Source: Ascoidea asiatica JCM 7603
Taxonomy: Eukaryota; Fungi; Ascomycota
Length of the DNA: 64,000 nt
Direction: 5' to 3'
Assembly (NCBI GenBank): GCA_001600695.1
Contig: BCKQ01000003.1
Span: 1,766,392 to 1,830,391 of the forward strand
The notes beneath the pieces were generated by a model. That model worked only from the letters and a program-made list of their open reading frames with translations. It was not told where the DNA came from and did not search any database. A program made the translations under genes and the position numbers. This document shows positions 1-11,195 of the stretch, one piece after another; positions within the stretch are counted from its first letter, which is position 1, and the number at the start of each line of letters is the position of its first letter.

Positions 1-290
1 AAATAAAATAAAATAAAATAAAATTAGATAAAATTGAAGCAAAACAAAAAAAGTAATATATAAAATAGTATATAAAAAATCTTTTTGAAGAGATAAAAGT
101 TTAAAAAAAAACAAAAAAAAATAGAGTAAATTACATTAGTAGTAAAAAAACAGATTCTACAGTTGATTTAATTAAAATAATGCAAAAAAATAACAAATTG
201 ATGGATGAATTAGTGTATTAATGAATCAATTATAGATTATAAATTAAATTATAAATTAAATTATAAATTATATTATAAATTATATTATAA

Positions 291-420
291 TCAAGCAACT
301 TGAGGAGGAGCATCTTCCATAACTTCATCATCATTGACAGCAAACTTTCTTTCACTTGTTTCAATAGTTGATGGAACTTCATTATTTGTTGTTGAATTTT
401 GTAAAATTTCAGATCCTGAT

Positions 421-466
<46 letters not shown>

Positions 467-1240
467 CATTTGATGAATCTATAGTTGATTTTTGATCTTT
501 AACCCAAACAAGAGGTTTGTCAATTAATTTATCTCTACCTTCAGGATGTTGAAATAAACAATATTTATTTTTACAATTAATTGAAAATTTACAATCTTGA
601 TTAATTGGATGAGTAAAATAACAATCAATTCTTTTACAATTTGAACCATCTCTACAATGTGTTGAAGTTGATGCATGTCTATATTTACAACGAGGATTTA
701 AACAATTTGATCCAAATTTACATGCATCAAGAGATCTTTCACTTTCTATTGGATTATTATTATTAATATTATTATTATTATTATTAAGATTACTAAGATT
801 ATTATTATTATTGAAAGGATATGCTCCAATAGGATTCATTGGATTCATTGGATTAATTCCATTCATTGGGCTCATAGGACTCATTGGATTAATTCCATTA
901 TTAATTGGATTCATTAAATTTATTGGATTATTATTATTTTTTTGATTCATTTGATTTATTTGATTAATTAATTGATCATCTTCACCAGGATGTAAATAAT
1001 TACAAGTTCCTGGAGGATTTGAACAATTTGGAAATGCAAAACATAATTTAACAGGATGAGCAAAATTACATTCTTTATATGTACAATTTGGAAACTTTCT
1101 ACAACGAATTCTTTTTCTAAAGTATGGAGCATTTCCATTATTATTATTGTTATTATAATGGTTATTATTATTAGGTATACTGTCACCAGTAGTTGTACCA
1201 GTTTTAGCTACTTGACCTAGTATTTTCTGTAATGCGTTAA

Positions 1241-1274
<34 letters not shown>

Positions 1275-2039
1275 GATATTATTTGGCATATTAGATCTTT
1301 TAGATATACCTTTTGGATTATTAATAAATCTTGAATTTTTTCTATTATAATTATTATTATAATTATTCATATTATTATTACTATTATTACCTATGATATG
1401 ATTATTACGATTATTAAAAGTATTACGATTATTATAATTATTACCACGAATATTATTATTATTATTATTGTTATTGTTATTAAAGTTATTGTTAACGTTA
1501 TTATTATTGTTATTTAAAGTATTAAATTTATCATTTTTTGGACCAGTTGGAATATTTTCAAAATTTGGAATATTTGGTAAAGAATTGAAATTATTAGATA
1601 CGGGTCTTTCATCAGTAACAGTACTAACATTACTTATATTACTAAGATTATTGTTATCATTGTTATTATTTGAATTAGGTACCAAATCATTTTCAACTTC
1701 AATTTTTTCTTCTTGAATATTATTTATATCAGTTAATTGTTGAGGTTGAGATTGATTTTGATTTTGATTTTGATTTTGATTTTGAGAAAATTCAATCTTT
1801 AATTTTTTTAAAGTCTTAAAAATATTTTCAATAAAAGCTTCATTTAAAAGTGGAGTATTATCAAGTATACCAGTTAATTCACTTAAAATTTCTTTAACAT
1901 TTCTATCATTAGATATTAAAATAACTATAAATTCAGCAATATCATCTGCATCATTTCCAACCATTTCAAATTCACTTAAAGCAGTTGAAACTGAATGTTT
2001 TAAAGCTTCTCCAATTGGACTTTTATCTAATTCAAACAT
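291..2039 (-). CDS. NAB2: Nuclear poly(A)-binding protein Nab2 (N-terminal PWI-like domain, 5 CCCH zinc fingers)
   Basis: N-terminal 'DDIAEFIVILISNDR' Nab2 domain; CCCH fingers CRKFPNC..H, CFAFPNCSNPPGTCNYLH, CKFGSNCLNPRCKYRH, CRDGSNCKRIDCYFTH, CKFSINCKNKYCLFQH; C-terminal 'SERKFAV'. Confidence 0.92.
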
Positions 2040-2527
2040 TTTAAAAATTATTGATAATTGGAAATTGAGTATTTGAGTAATGTAAAAAGTATTTAAAATA
2101 AAATTTTCTTTTCAAGGTATTAGGCAATTGAAATATATCTTCTAATGACCAAAACAATAATAATAATTAATACTAATATATTCAAATTAATACAGGTAAG
2201 TAATAAATCGATTGAATATACTCTTCTTTTAGATTATCTCGAATATATTTCTTGAATCTTGTATTTGATTTTAATATCCAAAGGAAAAAAAACTTTTACT
2301 TTTACTGTTACTTTCTTGCTTTTCCTTTTGCTTTTGTTTTTATGGCAATGGACAATTGATTCTGTGAGCATCGCAAACAGACAAAGGTGGCGTTACCACG
2401 CACAACTCACCGCGCAAAACCACTAACGAACACACAAACCGCTTAGCGATCACCAGAACAAACGGGGGTCTGACCGTATTCCAACATTCTGGAAAGTGGC
2501 GCATTAAAATATTTTAAAAAAACTGGA

Positions 2528-2567
2528 GTCACATGGTTATTAAGTCACATGGTCAGAGTCATGTGAT
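2528..2567. promoter_or_regulatory. Three RTCACATG E-box (Cbf1/CDEI-type) elements in the NAB2-MRPL3 divergent promoter
   Basis: GTCACATG at 2528 and 2544; ATCACATG on the minus strand at 2560-2567. Confidence 0.55.
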
Positions 2568-2943
2568 AATATTTTACGGATGTTGTTTTCCGTGCTAATT
2601 TTTCCACGCGCAGGATAAAGCTCATTAGTCGGATTTACTTCCTGTATGATCCGCTTAATATCCGCGGGCCGGGTGAGTGTTTTTGTCTTTTTCGTCTTTT
2701 TTCTGTTTTTTGCTTTGTTTTTTCTGTTTGTGAATTTGTCTCCAAATCTTCTGCCAAATTTCAAACTGTTTAAATTTCAAATATATTTCAAGTGAAAACA
2801 AACATCGACAACAACAAGAAGAACAACAAGAAGAACAACAACAGAAATTGCTGAAGAAAAGGCAAATAAAATAGTATCAAGAGCTAAAGAAAAGAAAAGA
2901 AACAGCTTTCTTACTCCTCCTTTACAATTATCTTGGAATTAGA

Positions 2944-4248
2944 ATGGTCTCCTCTGCATTGAAGTCTGTTTCTATAAAAAATGTTTCCTCAATAACTCAT
3001 AATTCATTCAAATATGTGAAACCATTATCCTCATTATCTTCATTATCTTCTTTGAATTCATTAAGTTCTTCATATTCATTACATTCGTCGAATGTAATTC
3101 TTAAAAACTCAATTAGATTCTTATCAAAATCGGCTAAATCAAACTATTCAACTGTAATAGAAAATACTAATAACAATAATAATAATAATAATAAAAATAA
3201 AATTAAAGATTCTGATGAAATCAAAATTCAAAAACCAATTGATATTAATAGTCCTAGTAATAAAAAATCAATAATTAAAGAAAATGATGCTTTAAAATCT
3301 CCTTTATTAGTAACTTTACATAAAAGATTAAATTTACCTTCAAATTATAAATTATCAACTTTATCAACATGTTTAAATTGTCCAAATAATTTAATTTTTT
3401 ATAAAAATTATTCAAATAATTTAAATTTATCAATATTTGGTAAAAATTTATTAATTTATTATATTACTGAATATTTTATTATAAAATATCCAAGATTACC
3501 AATAAATATTTTAAATATTGCTGTAAATTCATATTTACATAATTCAATACTTTATGAAATTGGTTCTAAATTTTGGGGTATTGAATTATTATCAAATAAT
3601 AATATTGATAATAATAATACTATGATTACAAATTTAGATACTAATATTGATTATTATAAATTTTATAATTTAGGTAAATTACGTTTTAATGATAAATTAT
3701 CTTATTTAGAAAATGATAAAAATTTTATTCAATTTAATAATTCTTCAAATTTTATTACAAAAGAAATTGCAATGGCTTCTGCTGTAAAATCAATTATTGC
3801 TGGCTTTTATGCTCATACAAAATCTTTGAAACAAACTAAAAAATTCATTAATGATAATATACTCTCGAGAAATTTAAATATTGATCATTTATTTCAATTT
3901 TCGCAACCAACAAGAGAATTATCTGCTTTATGTCAAAGAGAAAATTTACCTCATCCAATAACTAAATTATTAGCTGAATCTGGTAGATTATCTAAAAGTT
4001 CTGTATTCTTAGTTGCTATATTCTCTGGTAATAATAAATTAGGTGAAAGTTATGGTGCAAGCTTAAAAGAAGCTAAAATTAAAGCTTCAATTAATGCTTT
4101 AAAAAATTGGTATTTATATTCTCCTTTAGATCCAAAATATCCTTCTGATGAATTAGATCATTTTGACCAAAATCAATCTAATGATGATGATATTAATAAT
4201 AATAAATCTTATAATACTTTAATTGATCATGGTGATGTAATTGTATAA
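2944..4248 (+). CDS. MRPL3: Mitochondrial large-subunit ribosomal protein mL44 (RNase III-like + dsRBD)
   Basis: Ser/Lys-rich presequence; 'SPLLVTLHKRLNLP', 'KYPRLP', 'QPTRELSALCQRE', 'LLAESGRLSKSSVFLVAIFSG', C-terminal 'IDHGDVIV'. Confidence 0.9.
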   Translation: MVSSALKSVSIKNVSSITHNSFKYVKPLSSLSSLSSLNSLSSSYSLHSSNVILKNSIRFLSKSAKSNYSTVIENTNNNNNNNNKNKIKDSDEIKIQKPIDINSPSNKKSIIKENDALKSPLLVTLHKRLNLPSNYKLSTLSTCLNCPNNLIFYKNYSNNLNLSIFGKNLLIYYITEYFIIKYPRLPINILNIAVNSYLHNSILYEIGSKFWGIELLSNNNIDNNNTMITNLDTNIDYYKFYNLGKLRFNDKLSYLENDKNFIQFNNSSNFITKEIAMASAVKSIIAGFYAHTKSLKQTKKFINDNILSRNLNIDHLFQFSQPTRELSALCQRENLPHPITKLLAESGRLSKSSVFLVAIFSGNNKLGESYGASLKEAKIKASINALKNWYLYSPLDPKYPSDELDHFDQNQSNDDDINNNKSYNTLIDHGDVIV

Positions 4249-4382
4249 AACTCTCCAATCATCTATATATTTATTTCCTTGTATATAACTTCAAATTAAA
4301 AATATATATTACAATATAATATAATTTAATATAATATAATATGGTACAGTACAGTATAGTATTTATATATATAATTAATTAA

Positions 4383-7300
4383 TTAAGTTTCTTTAATATC
4401 ATAATCAAAATTTTCTTTATATAAATCTTCGATTCCATTAACATAAGTTGTATTAATACTATCATAAAATTTGTTTAAATCTTCTTTATATCCATAATCA
4501 TTATCAATATTACAATAATCTTTAAAAAGTTCTTTACTAAATTTATTTAATTCATTTCTTTCATCTTTTAAAATATTATCTTGCAATAATCCAAAAATAT
4601 CTTTTAAAAGAATTAAATTTTTTTTAAAATCTTCATTATTACCTAAAATATAAACTGACCATGGATCAATGACTAATGTCCAAATATTTAATTTATTCGA
4701 CCATATATATCCTTCATTATTTTCTAAAATTATCAAAATATCACCTTCTTTTATTACATTAATCACTTTAATTCCAGAAATACTTTTAATTTGATTATTC
4801 TTATCATTGAATTGATTTTCATTATCATTGTTATCCTTTTGAGGATCATTATCTATTATTTTTATAGATGATTTATTCAATATAGGTGCTAATGAAATAC
4901 AGTTAGCTATACAATTGAAAGTTTTAATATTCCAAACATAAATAATTCCTGAAATCAATAAAATTGCAAGATATTTATCTTTAATTATTTTCATAAAACA
5001 TATTTCTCTTTTATTATTGTTTTTTAATTGAATTTTAGGATAAACTAATCTACCAGTAAATGAGAAAAAATGTAATGAATTTCTATTTGTTGCTAAAATC
5101 CATAATTTTTGACTTTCTGATGAAATTGCTTGAATAACAATATCAGGTAAAAAAAGTTCAATATTTTTTTTTGAATTTAAATTACTTATTAATATTTTAC
5201 TAGGTTTCATATCAATTGAATCTTCAAAAAAAATATTTTCTTTTGATTTATTATTCTCTAAACTGTTATTCTTTGATTTGTTTTTATTCGCATTAACTAC
5301 ATGTAATATTGAAATTAGTTTTGAATTGAGAATACCAGATGAAGATAAATAAATTTTAATATTTGATCTGATATCTAGATTATTTAATTTAATATCACTA
5401 TATTGGCAAAATTCATTTCTTTCTTTAATCTCATTTTCAGTCATATCATCAGTTTCTTTAAAATTAACTAAAGCTGGCCGATTTGAAGTTGTTATAATTT
5501 GTTTAACATAATCAGGATAATCTGCGTTATTGATGATTCCAAAATTATTTTCAAGTATATTTTTAATATTATTTTTATTATAATCATTTATGGAATTATT
5601 GTTATTATTTTTACCATTAGTAGTAGCATTATTATTGGTATTATCAATTAGATTTGAATTTTTATTAATATCATTTTTTTTTTGAATAGATTTCAAAATT
5701 TCTTCATTATCATCATCTTCTTTATTTAAATTATTTTCTAAAGATTCAGGATATTCTTTTAAACCAGAAATTAATGTTTGGATACCAAATTTGGGTAAAT
5801 TCAAAAGAGGATAAGATAAATTAATTAGTTTTTTTTGTTTAATTTTTAAATTAGAATTGGTTGAAGAAGATTTAAAAGATCTTGATAAAGAAGAAGAAGA
5901 AGAAATTAACATTGGAGCAACTCTTTTTTTTCCATCTTTTGTCAAACTAATTTTTTGTTCAAATTTTTTTCTATTTAGTGGTTGAATATTTTTTTTTAAA
6001 GAAGGCATGATTTTTTTCGGATTTTTTTTTGATCTTGGAATTAAAATATTAACAGATTTTTCAAAATTTGATTCATTCAATGATTGAGGCAAAGGTTTAT
6101 CAATCTGATTCATTCTGCTATTTAATAATTGATGATTTGGATTTTCTAAATTATTATTATTAATGTTATTGATATTATTATTAAGATTATTTTGAAAAGT
6201 TTTATCGAATTTTTCTTCAAGTATTAATTGATCAACACTTTCAGGAAATATAATACCTTGATTGCCAATACCAAATTTATTTAAATGATTATTAATTATT
6301 TCAGTCGGAGCAAATTGACCTAATTCATTATTATCAAAAAAAATTGTAGTGATGATACCATCTAAAGAACTTAAGAAAAGTAATTGACCATTTGGAGACC
6401 AAGCTAAATCAGTTATAGTTTTAAGAGAAATATCTTTTGCAACAAGAATTGGTTTTGAATTTGAAGTATTCCAAATTACTAAAGATTTATCTTGACCTGC
6501 AGTTGCTAATACAGAACATAAATTTAATTCATTTTTTTTATTTTTAAATTGATATAATTTTGGAGAAAATGAAGTAACTTCACAAGGTAAATCATGACCA
6601 ATTAAAGAAATATTTGAATTCCAATTACCTCTTTGAATAATTGAAATTGAAGTAAAAGGACCATTAGTTGCATTTGGTACAGCAATTAATTCACCATCTG
6701 GAGACCAAGATAATCTTCTAAAATAAGTTGTTAAAGAAGTTGAATTAAAAGGAGATTTAATTATTGATTCTATTGAAAAATTAATATTTTGTAAAGAATC
6801 TATTAAATTTGAATTTGAATTTAAATTTGAATTAAAAGATTTATGATATCTAAAAATTACAACAGATTTATCATCAGAAGCAGTTGCAAAATATTTATTT
6901 GCAGGATCAAAAATTATACCTTTAACATGAGATTGATGAATATCAAATTTTCTTAATTTTTGAAAATTTAAACCATTCCAAATTATTATTGATCTATCTA
7001 AACCAACAGAAATTAAAAAAGTTGAATCTGGAGCCCACGAAATATCTTCAATATCATTTGAATGACCAATTAAACGTTTTCTTACAATCCAATGTTCAAT
7101 ATCATTATCAGAATCACCAAAATTTTTAGAAATATTTGTATTTATATTTGAATTTAAATTTTCAGATTCATCTAATTTTTCCCAGATTAAAATAATTTTA
7201 TCATCAGAACCAGTTGCTAAAAATCTACCAGATGGAGAAAATTTAACAACAGTTACAGCACCTGTATGTCTTGCCATACTTGATAATGGTTTTCTTAAAA

Positions 7301-7505
7301 TATCATCATTTTCATTTTCATTAATATTTGAATCAATATTTAAATTTTTCAATTTTACAATATCTTCAATTGACCAAATTCTTACTTTACCATCTAAACC
7401 ACCAGATGCTAATCTTGAACCATCAGGACTAACATGAATAGAATATATCTCAAACTTTCTTGTTTCTTCTTGATGGGCTAACCATGGTAGCTTTAGTATC
7501 TTCAT
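4383..7505 (-). CDS. HIR1: HIR histone chaperone subunit Hir1 (WD40 repeats + HIRA B domain)
   Basis: N-terminal 'MKILKLPWLAHQEETRKFEIYSIHVSPDGSRLASGGLDGKVRIW'; 'HQSHVKGIIFDPANKYFATASDD'; Asf1-binding B motif 'QKISLTKDGKKRVAPMLI'. Confidence 0.93.
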   Translation of the reverse strand: MKILKLPWLAHQEETRKFEIYSIHVSPDGSRLASGGLDGKVRIWSIEDIVKLKNLNIDSNINENENDDILRKPLSSMARHTGAVTVVKFSPSGRFLATGSDDKIILIWEKLDESENLNSNINTNISKNFGDSDNDIEHWIVRKRLIGHSNDIEDISWAPDSTFLISVGLDRSIIIWNGLNFQKLRKFDIHQSHVKGIIFDPANKYFATASDDKSVVIFRYHKSFNSNLNSNSNLIDSLQNINFSIESIIKSPFNSTSLTTYFRRLSWSPDGELIAVPNATNGPFTSISIIQRGNWNSNISLIGHDLPCEVTSFSPKLYQFKNKKNELNLCSVLATAGQDKSLVIWNTSNSKPILVAKDISLKTITDLAWSPNGQLLFLSSLDGIITTIFFDNNELGQFAPTEIINNHLNKFGIGNQGIIFPESVDQLILEEKFDKTFQNNLNNNINNINNNNLENPNHQLLNSRMNQIDKPLPQSLNESNFEKSVNILIPRSKKNPKKIMPSLKKNIQPLNRKKFEQKISLTKDGKKRVAPMLISSSSSLSRSFKSSSTNSNLKIKQKKLINLSYPLLNLPKFGIQTLISGLKEYPESLENNLNKEDDDNEEILKSIQKKNDINKNSNLIDNTNNNATTNGKNNNNNSINDYNKNNIKNILENNFGIINNADYPDYVKQIITTSNRPALVNFKETDDMTENEIKERNEFCQYSDIKLNNLDIRSNIKIYLSSSGILNSKLISILHVVNANKNKSKNNSLENNKSKENIFFEDSIDMKPSKILISNLNSKKNIELFLPDIVIQAISSESQKLWILATNRNSLHFFSFTGRLVYPKIQLKNNNKREICFMKIIKDKYLAILLISGIIYVWNIKTFNCIANCISLAPILNKSSIKIIDNDPQKDNNDNENQFNDKNNQIKSISGIKVINVIKEGDILIILENNEGYIWSNKLNIWTLVIDPWSVYILGNNEDFKKNLILLKDIFGLLQDNILKDERNELNKFSKELFKDYCNIDNDYGYKEDLNKFYDSINTTYVNGIEDLYKENFDYDIKET

Positions 7506-7810
7506 TTAAAAAGAGAAAAGATAAAGATAATGAATTAAATCTCTGTTTTTAGTTTTAGCTATTAGTTTGATCAAATTTTAATGATTGATCCATTCCACTT
7601 GAAAATAAATTAAAAAGTAAATACTTGAGTGAAGAAGCTGTGATTCTCAATCTTTCAGACCCAGTAGATTCCACCAAAACCAATACTATTCAAAAGACTA
7701 TTCAATGTCTCCAGAAACATTTGAATCATCTTCTTCTTCATCATCAACTTCTTTCTCTTCATCATCTTCACCTTCTTTATTTTCTTCTTTGTTTTCTTCC
7801 TGATCAAAAT

Positions 7811-7895
7811 CACGAAAATGAAAATAACCGGAATTCAAACCGGAAATAACTTTACCGGAACTCAAACTTTCCGGTACATAAGTTTGATCACGCGC
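7811..7895. promoter_or_regulatory. HIR1-TYW1 divergent promoter: SCB-like CACGAAA plus four ACCGGAA motifs
   Basis: CACGAAAA 7811; ACCGGAA at 7827, 7839, 7854; TTCCGGT at 7869; ACGCG near 7890. Confidence 0.45.
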
Positions 7896-8138
7896 TCTTA
7901 AAAAGTTTCCAGAGTGAAAAATATTTGCATTTTTCTCGGTGCTCGATTTGAAATTGGCGTTGAATCATTTGCAGATGATTTTGAAGATGATTTTGAAGCT
8001 GCCAGAGAAGAATTAAATTTGATCTTTATTCGATATTGATCTCATATTGATTATTCTGGTATTAGTTTGATAGCTTTGGTTGGTTTTATTCATCAAGAAA
8101 ACTAAAGTATTTGCAGTAAGTTAACAGTGGTATTCAAA

Positions 8139-10691
8139 ATGAGTAAAGCAATATTCTTATTAGATGGCTGTTTTGCTTTTGCTTCAATTCCAGTTTACTT
8201 CTTTACTCAAAGAATTTCATTTGCTTTACTTTTCATTACTTTATATGCTTTTGTATTAAGACCTTTAGTTCATTCATCAAATAAAGATAACAATGATCTT
8301 TCAATAAATGAAAAAAACATTCAAATATTGGATGAAAAAAAGAATTCTGAACAAAAATTTGAAAATCCCATTAATAATAAAGAAATTAATATCAATGAAA
8401 CAGCTAAAGAAATAAAAATAACTGAAGGTAATAATGATAAAGAAATCTCAAATATTAAGAAAAAATCAAAAAGAATACCAAAGATTATTAAAGGAATTAA
8501 AAAAGATTCAAATTCAAAATTAATTAATCAAAAAAAATTATATAAAAAAGATTTAGATGATTATGATAATATTAATACTTGTGTTTCTGATTATCCATTA
8601 ACAACAATTTATATTTTTTATTCATCTTTAACTGGTTCTTCTGAAAGAAATGCAAATTATTTATATGAATCTTTATCTAAAACTTTTAATACAATTTTAT
8701 TAAATTTAGATAATGATATTGATAATTTTGATGATTATTTCTTAGATTTACCATTAAATAAAAATAAAAATTTAAAATCTATTCAAAATATTTTATATTT
8801 ATTTATTTTACCATCTTATGAAACTGATTCTCCAATTGATTATTTTATTCAAACTTTAAGAGATAATTCAAATGATTTTAGAATTGATAAATATCCTTTA
8901 AATTTTATTAAAAATAAAAAATTATTAGGTTATTCAGTTATTGGTATTGGTGATAAAGAACATTATCCAAATAAAAAATTTTGTTATCAAGCTATTCAAG
9001 TTGATAAATATCTTAATAATTTAGGTTCAAAAAGATTATTTCCATTAACTAAATTTTGTATAAAATTTGATAAAGATATAAAAATTAAACAATGGTTAGA
9101 TTTTATTATAAATTCTTTAAATAATCAAGATCCAATATTATATGATGATGATGATGATATTTATACTAATAATAATAATAATACTAGTACTAGTTTAGAT
9201 AAAGAATCTGAAAATGAAGAATTTTCTTCAATAGAATCTGATTCTTCAAAATCAGATTCAAATTTAATTGATCTTGAAGATTTAGGTAAAGAGTCAAATA
9301 TTAATAATAATAAAAGTAATGGTAATGATGATGATAATGATATTATTGAAAATGAAGTTAAAGAAATGATTGCAAAAGATTCTCCAACTTATAAAGCTTT
9401 AACAAAACAAGGTTATACAATAGTTGGTACACATTCTGGTGTTAAAATTTGTAGATGGACAAAATCGGCTTTACGTAATAGAGGATCATGTTATAAATTT
9501 GCATTTTATGGTATAAAATCTCATCTTTGTATGGAAACAACACCATCAATGAGTTGTTCAAATAAATGTGTATTTTGTTGGAGACATGGTACAAATCCAG
9601 TTGGTACATCATGGAGATGGCAAGTTGATGGACCTGAATTAATTTTAAAAGGTGCTTTAGAAGGTCATTATAAAAAAATTAATCAAATGAGAGGTGTTCC
9701 AGGTATTAATCCAGATAGATTTAAAGAAGCATTTCAAGTTAAACATTGTGCATTATCATTAGTTGGAGAACCAATTTTTTATCCATATATTAATGAATTT
9801 GTTAATATGTTACATGAAAAAAATATTTCATCATTTTTAGTTTGTAATGCTCAACATCCTGAACAATTAAAAAATTTAAAAAAAGTTACTCAATTATATG
9901 TTAGTATTGATGCACCAAATAAAGGTAGTTTAAAAAAAGTTGATAGACCACTTTTTAAAGATTTTTGGGAAAGAATGTTAAATTGTTTAGATATTTTAAA
10001 TTTAATTCAAAGTCATCAAAGAACAGTGTTTAGATTAACATTAGTTAAAGGTTTTAATATGAATTTTGAAGAAATTGAAGGATATGTTGATTTAGTTAAA
10101 AGAGCTCAACCATCATTAATTGAAATTAAAGGTGCAACATTTTGTGGATCTTCAGATGGTAATGGAAATCCATTAACTATGCAAAATATACCATTTTATG
10201 AAGAATGTAAAAAATTTGTTATATTATTAAATGAAGAATTAAATAAAATTGGATTAGATTATGGTATTGCTTCAGAACATGCACATTCATGTTGTATATT
10301 AATGGCAAAAAAAAAATTTTTTATTAATAATAAATGGTATTGTCATATAAATTATGATAAATTTTTTGAATTATTAAATGAAAAGGGACAAGATTTTAAT
10401 GAAATGGAATATATTTCAGAAACTCCAAAATGGGCGTATTGGGGATCACAAGAAGCTGGTTTTAATCCAGTTGATGTTAAATTTAGTAGAAAAGATAATA
10501 AAGCTAAAAATAAAGCTTTAAGAGAACAAAAACAAATGGAAGAAGAAGCTTTAGCTAAAGTTGAAGAAGAAAAAGCTAGAATAAAAGCTCTTTGTAAAGA
10601 TGAAGATAAAAAACCAAGTACTTCAAAAAACGTTGAGATTGAATATGATACTGAATTTGAACTTATAAACAGTGAAATAGAAATCTTTTAA
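8139..10691 (+). CDS. TYW1: Wybutosine synthesis radical-SAM enzyme Tyw1 (N-terminal TM, flavodoxin domain, radical SAM)
   Basis: ATG at 8139 (track begins at GTG 8127); flavodoxin 'IFYSSLTGSS'; 'GTHSGVKICRWTKSALR', CxxxCxxC 'CSNKCVFCWRHGTNP', 'ASEHAHSCC'. Confidence 0.95.
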   Translation: MSKAIFLLDGCFAFASIPVYFFTQRISFALLFITLYAFVLRPLVHSSNKDNNDLSINEKNIQILDEKKNSEQKFENPINNKEININETAKEIKITEGNNDKEISNIKKKSKRIPKIIKGIKKDSNSKLINQKKLYKKDLDDYDNINTCVSDYPLTTIYIFYSSLTGSSERNANYLYESLSKTFNTILLNLDNDIDNFDDYFLDLPLNKNKNLKSIQNILYLFILPSYETDSPIDYFIQTLRDNSNDFRIDKYPLNFIKNKKLLGYSVIGIGDKEHYPNKKFCYQAIQVDKYLNNLGSKRLFPLTKFCIKFDKDIKIKQWLDFIINSLNNQDPILYDDDDDIYTNNNNNTSTSLDKESENEEFSSIESDSSKSDSNLIDLEDLGKESNINNNKSNGNDDDNDIIENEVKEMIAKDSPTYKALTKQGYTIVGTHSGVKICRWTKSALRNRGSCYKFAFYGIKSHLCMETTPSMSCSNKCVFCWRHGTNPVGTSWRWQVDGPELILKGALEGHYKKINQMRGVPGINPDRFKEAFQVKHCALSLVGEPIFYPYINEFVNMLHEKNISSFLVCNAQHPEQLKNLKKVTQLYVSIDAPNKGSLKKVDRPLFKDFWERMLNCLDILNLIQSHQRTVFRLTLVKGFNMNFEEIEGYVDLVKRAQPSLIEIKGATFCGSSDGNGNPLTMQNIPFYEECKKFVILLNEELNKIGLDYGIASEHAHSCCILMAKKKFFINNKWYCHINYDKFFELLNEKGQDFNEMEYISETPKWAYWGSQEAGFNPVDVKFSRKDNKAKNKALREQKQMEEEALAKVEEEKARIKALCKDEDKKPSTSKNVEIEYDTEFELINSEIEIF

Positions 10692-10772
10692 ATGAACATA
10701 TTCTAATATTCTACATGTACCATAGTCAATAAACAAGTAAAACTACTAAAATCATCAAAACCACCATCAACC

Positions 10773-10802
10773 ACCAGTAAATACCAGTAAATACCAGTAA
10801 AT
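10773..10802. repeat. Three tandem ACCAGTAAAT units downstream of TYW1
   Basis: Direct observation. Confidence 0.8.
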
Positions 10803-11195
10803 ACCACCAAATTCTGATTTAATTTCATTCTGTGGCTATCGGATAAAGCGGGTATTTCGGTACTATCAGACCCTCTTTAAGGTCCTCGTTTCCGGGGTTT
10901 CCCTTTTGTTTTTTGGGGTCTGGAATTAAATGACAAGTTTTCACGGTGACTGCAACTGTTTTACTTGCTTTGATATAAACACTCAAAATAAAAAGAAGCT
11001 TTAATGAATCAATCGAAACAATTCATATGTGTTTATATTCAGAGACTGAATGATAAAGATCAGTGTTTAGATTTAATAATTATAACAGATACCTTTGGAG
11101 AACTCAATTGATTGTAGTTGATTCTTTTAGATTCCCTTTTTTATTTCTTCAATTAGATTCTTCAACTGACCTCATCTTAATTTTCAGTGTCTGAA

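Noticed and set aside
1-290. A-rich tracts downstream of NAB2 as the autoregulatory A26 element
   Set aside because: The A runs are on the + strand, so they are U-rich in the NAB2 mRNA; wrong orientation.
230-1716. Short Ile/Leu-rich ORFs overlapping NAB2 (and similar ones inside RAD55, the PACT gene, UME6, SPB1, YTA12, TAF1 and the permease)
   Set aside because: Alternate-frame or antisense shadows of (AAT)n repeats and biased codon use; no independent coding features.
2528-2700. Possible point centromere (CDEI-like elements)
   Set aside because: No ~80-160 bp >85% AT CDEII followed by CDEIII; the context is a GC-rich divergent promoter.
11062-11187. Possible intron splitting the VPS45 ATG (ACTGAC..TTTTCAG|TG TCT)
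   Set aside because: Donor (GTGTTT) and branch site are weak, and an in-frame ATG at 11196 already gives a complete protein.
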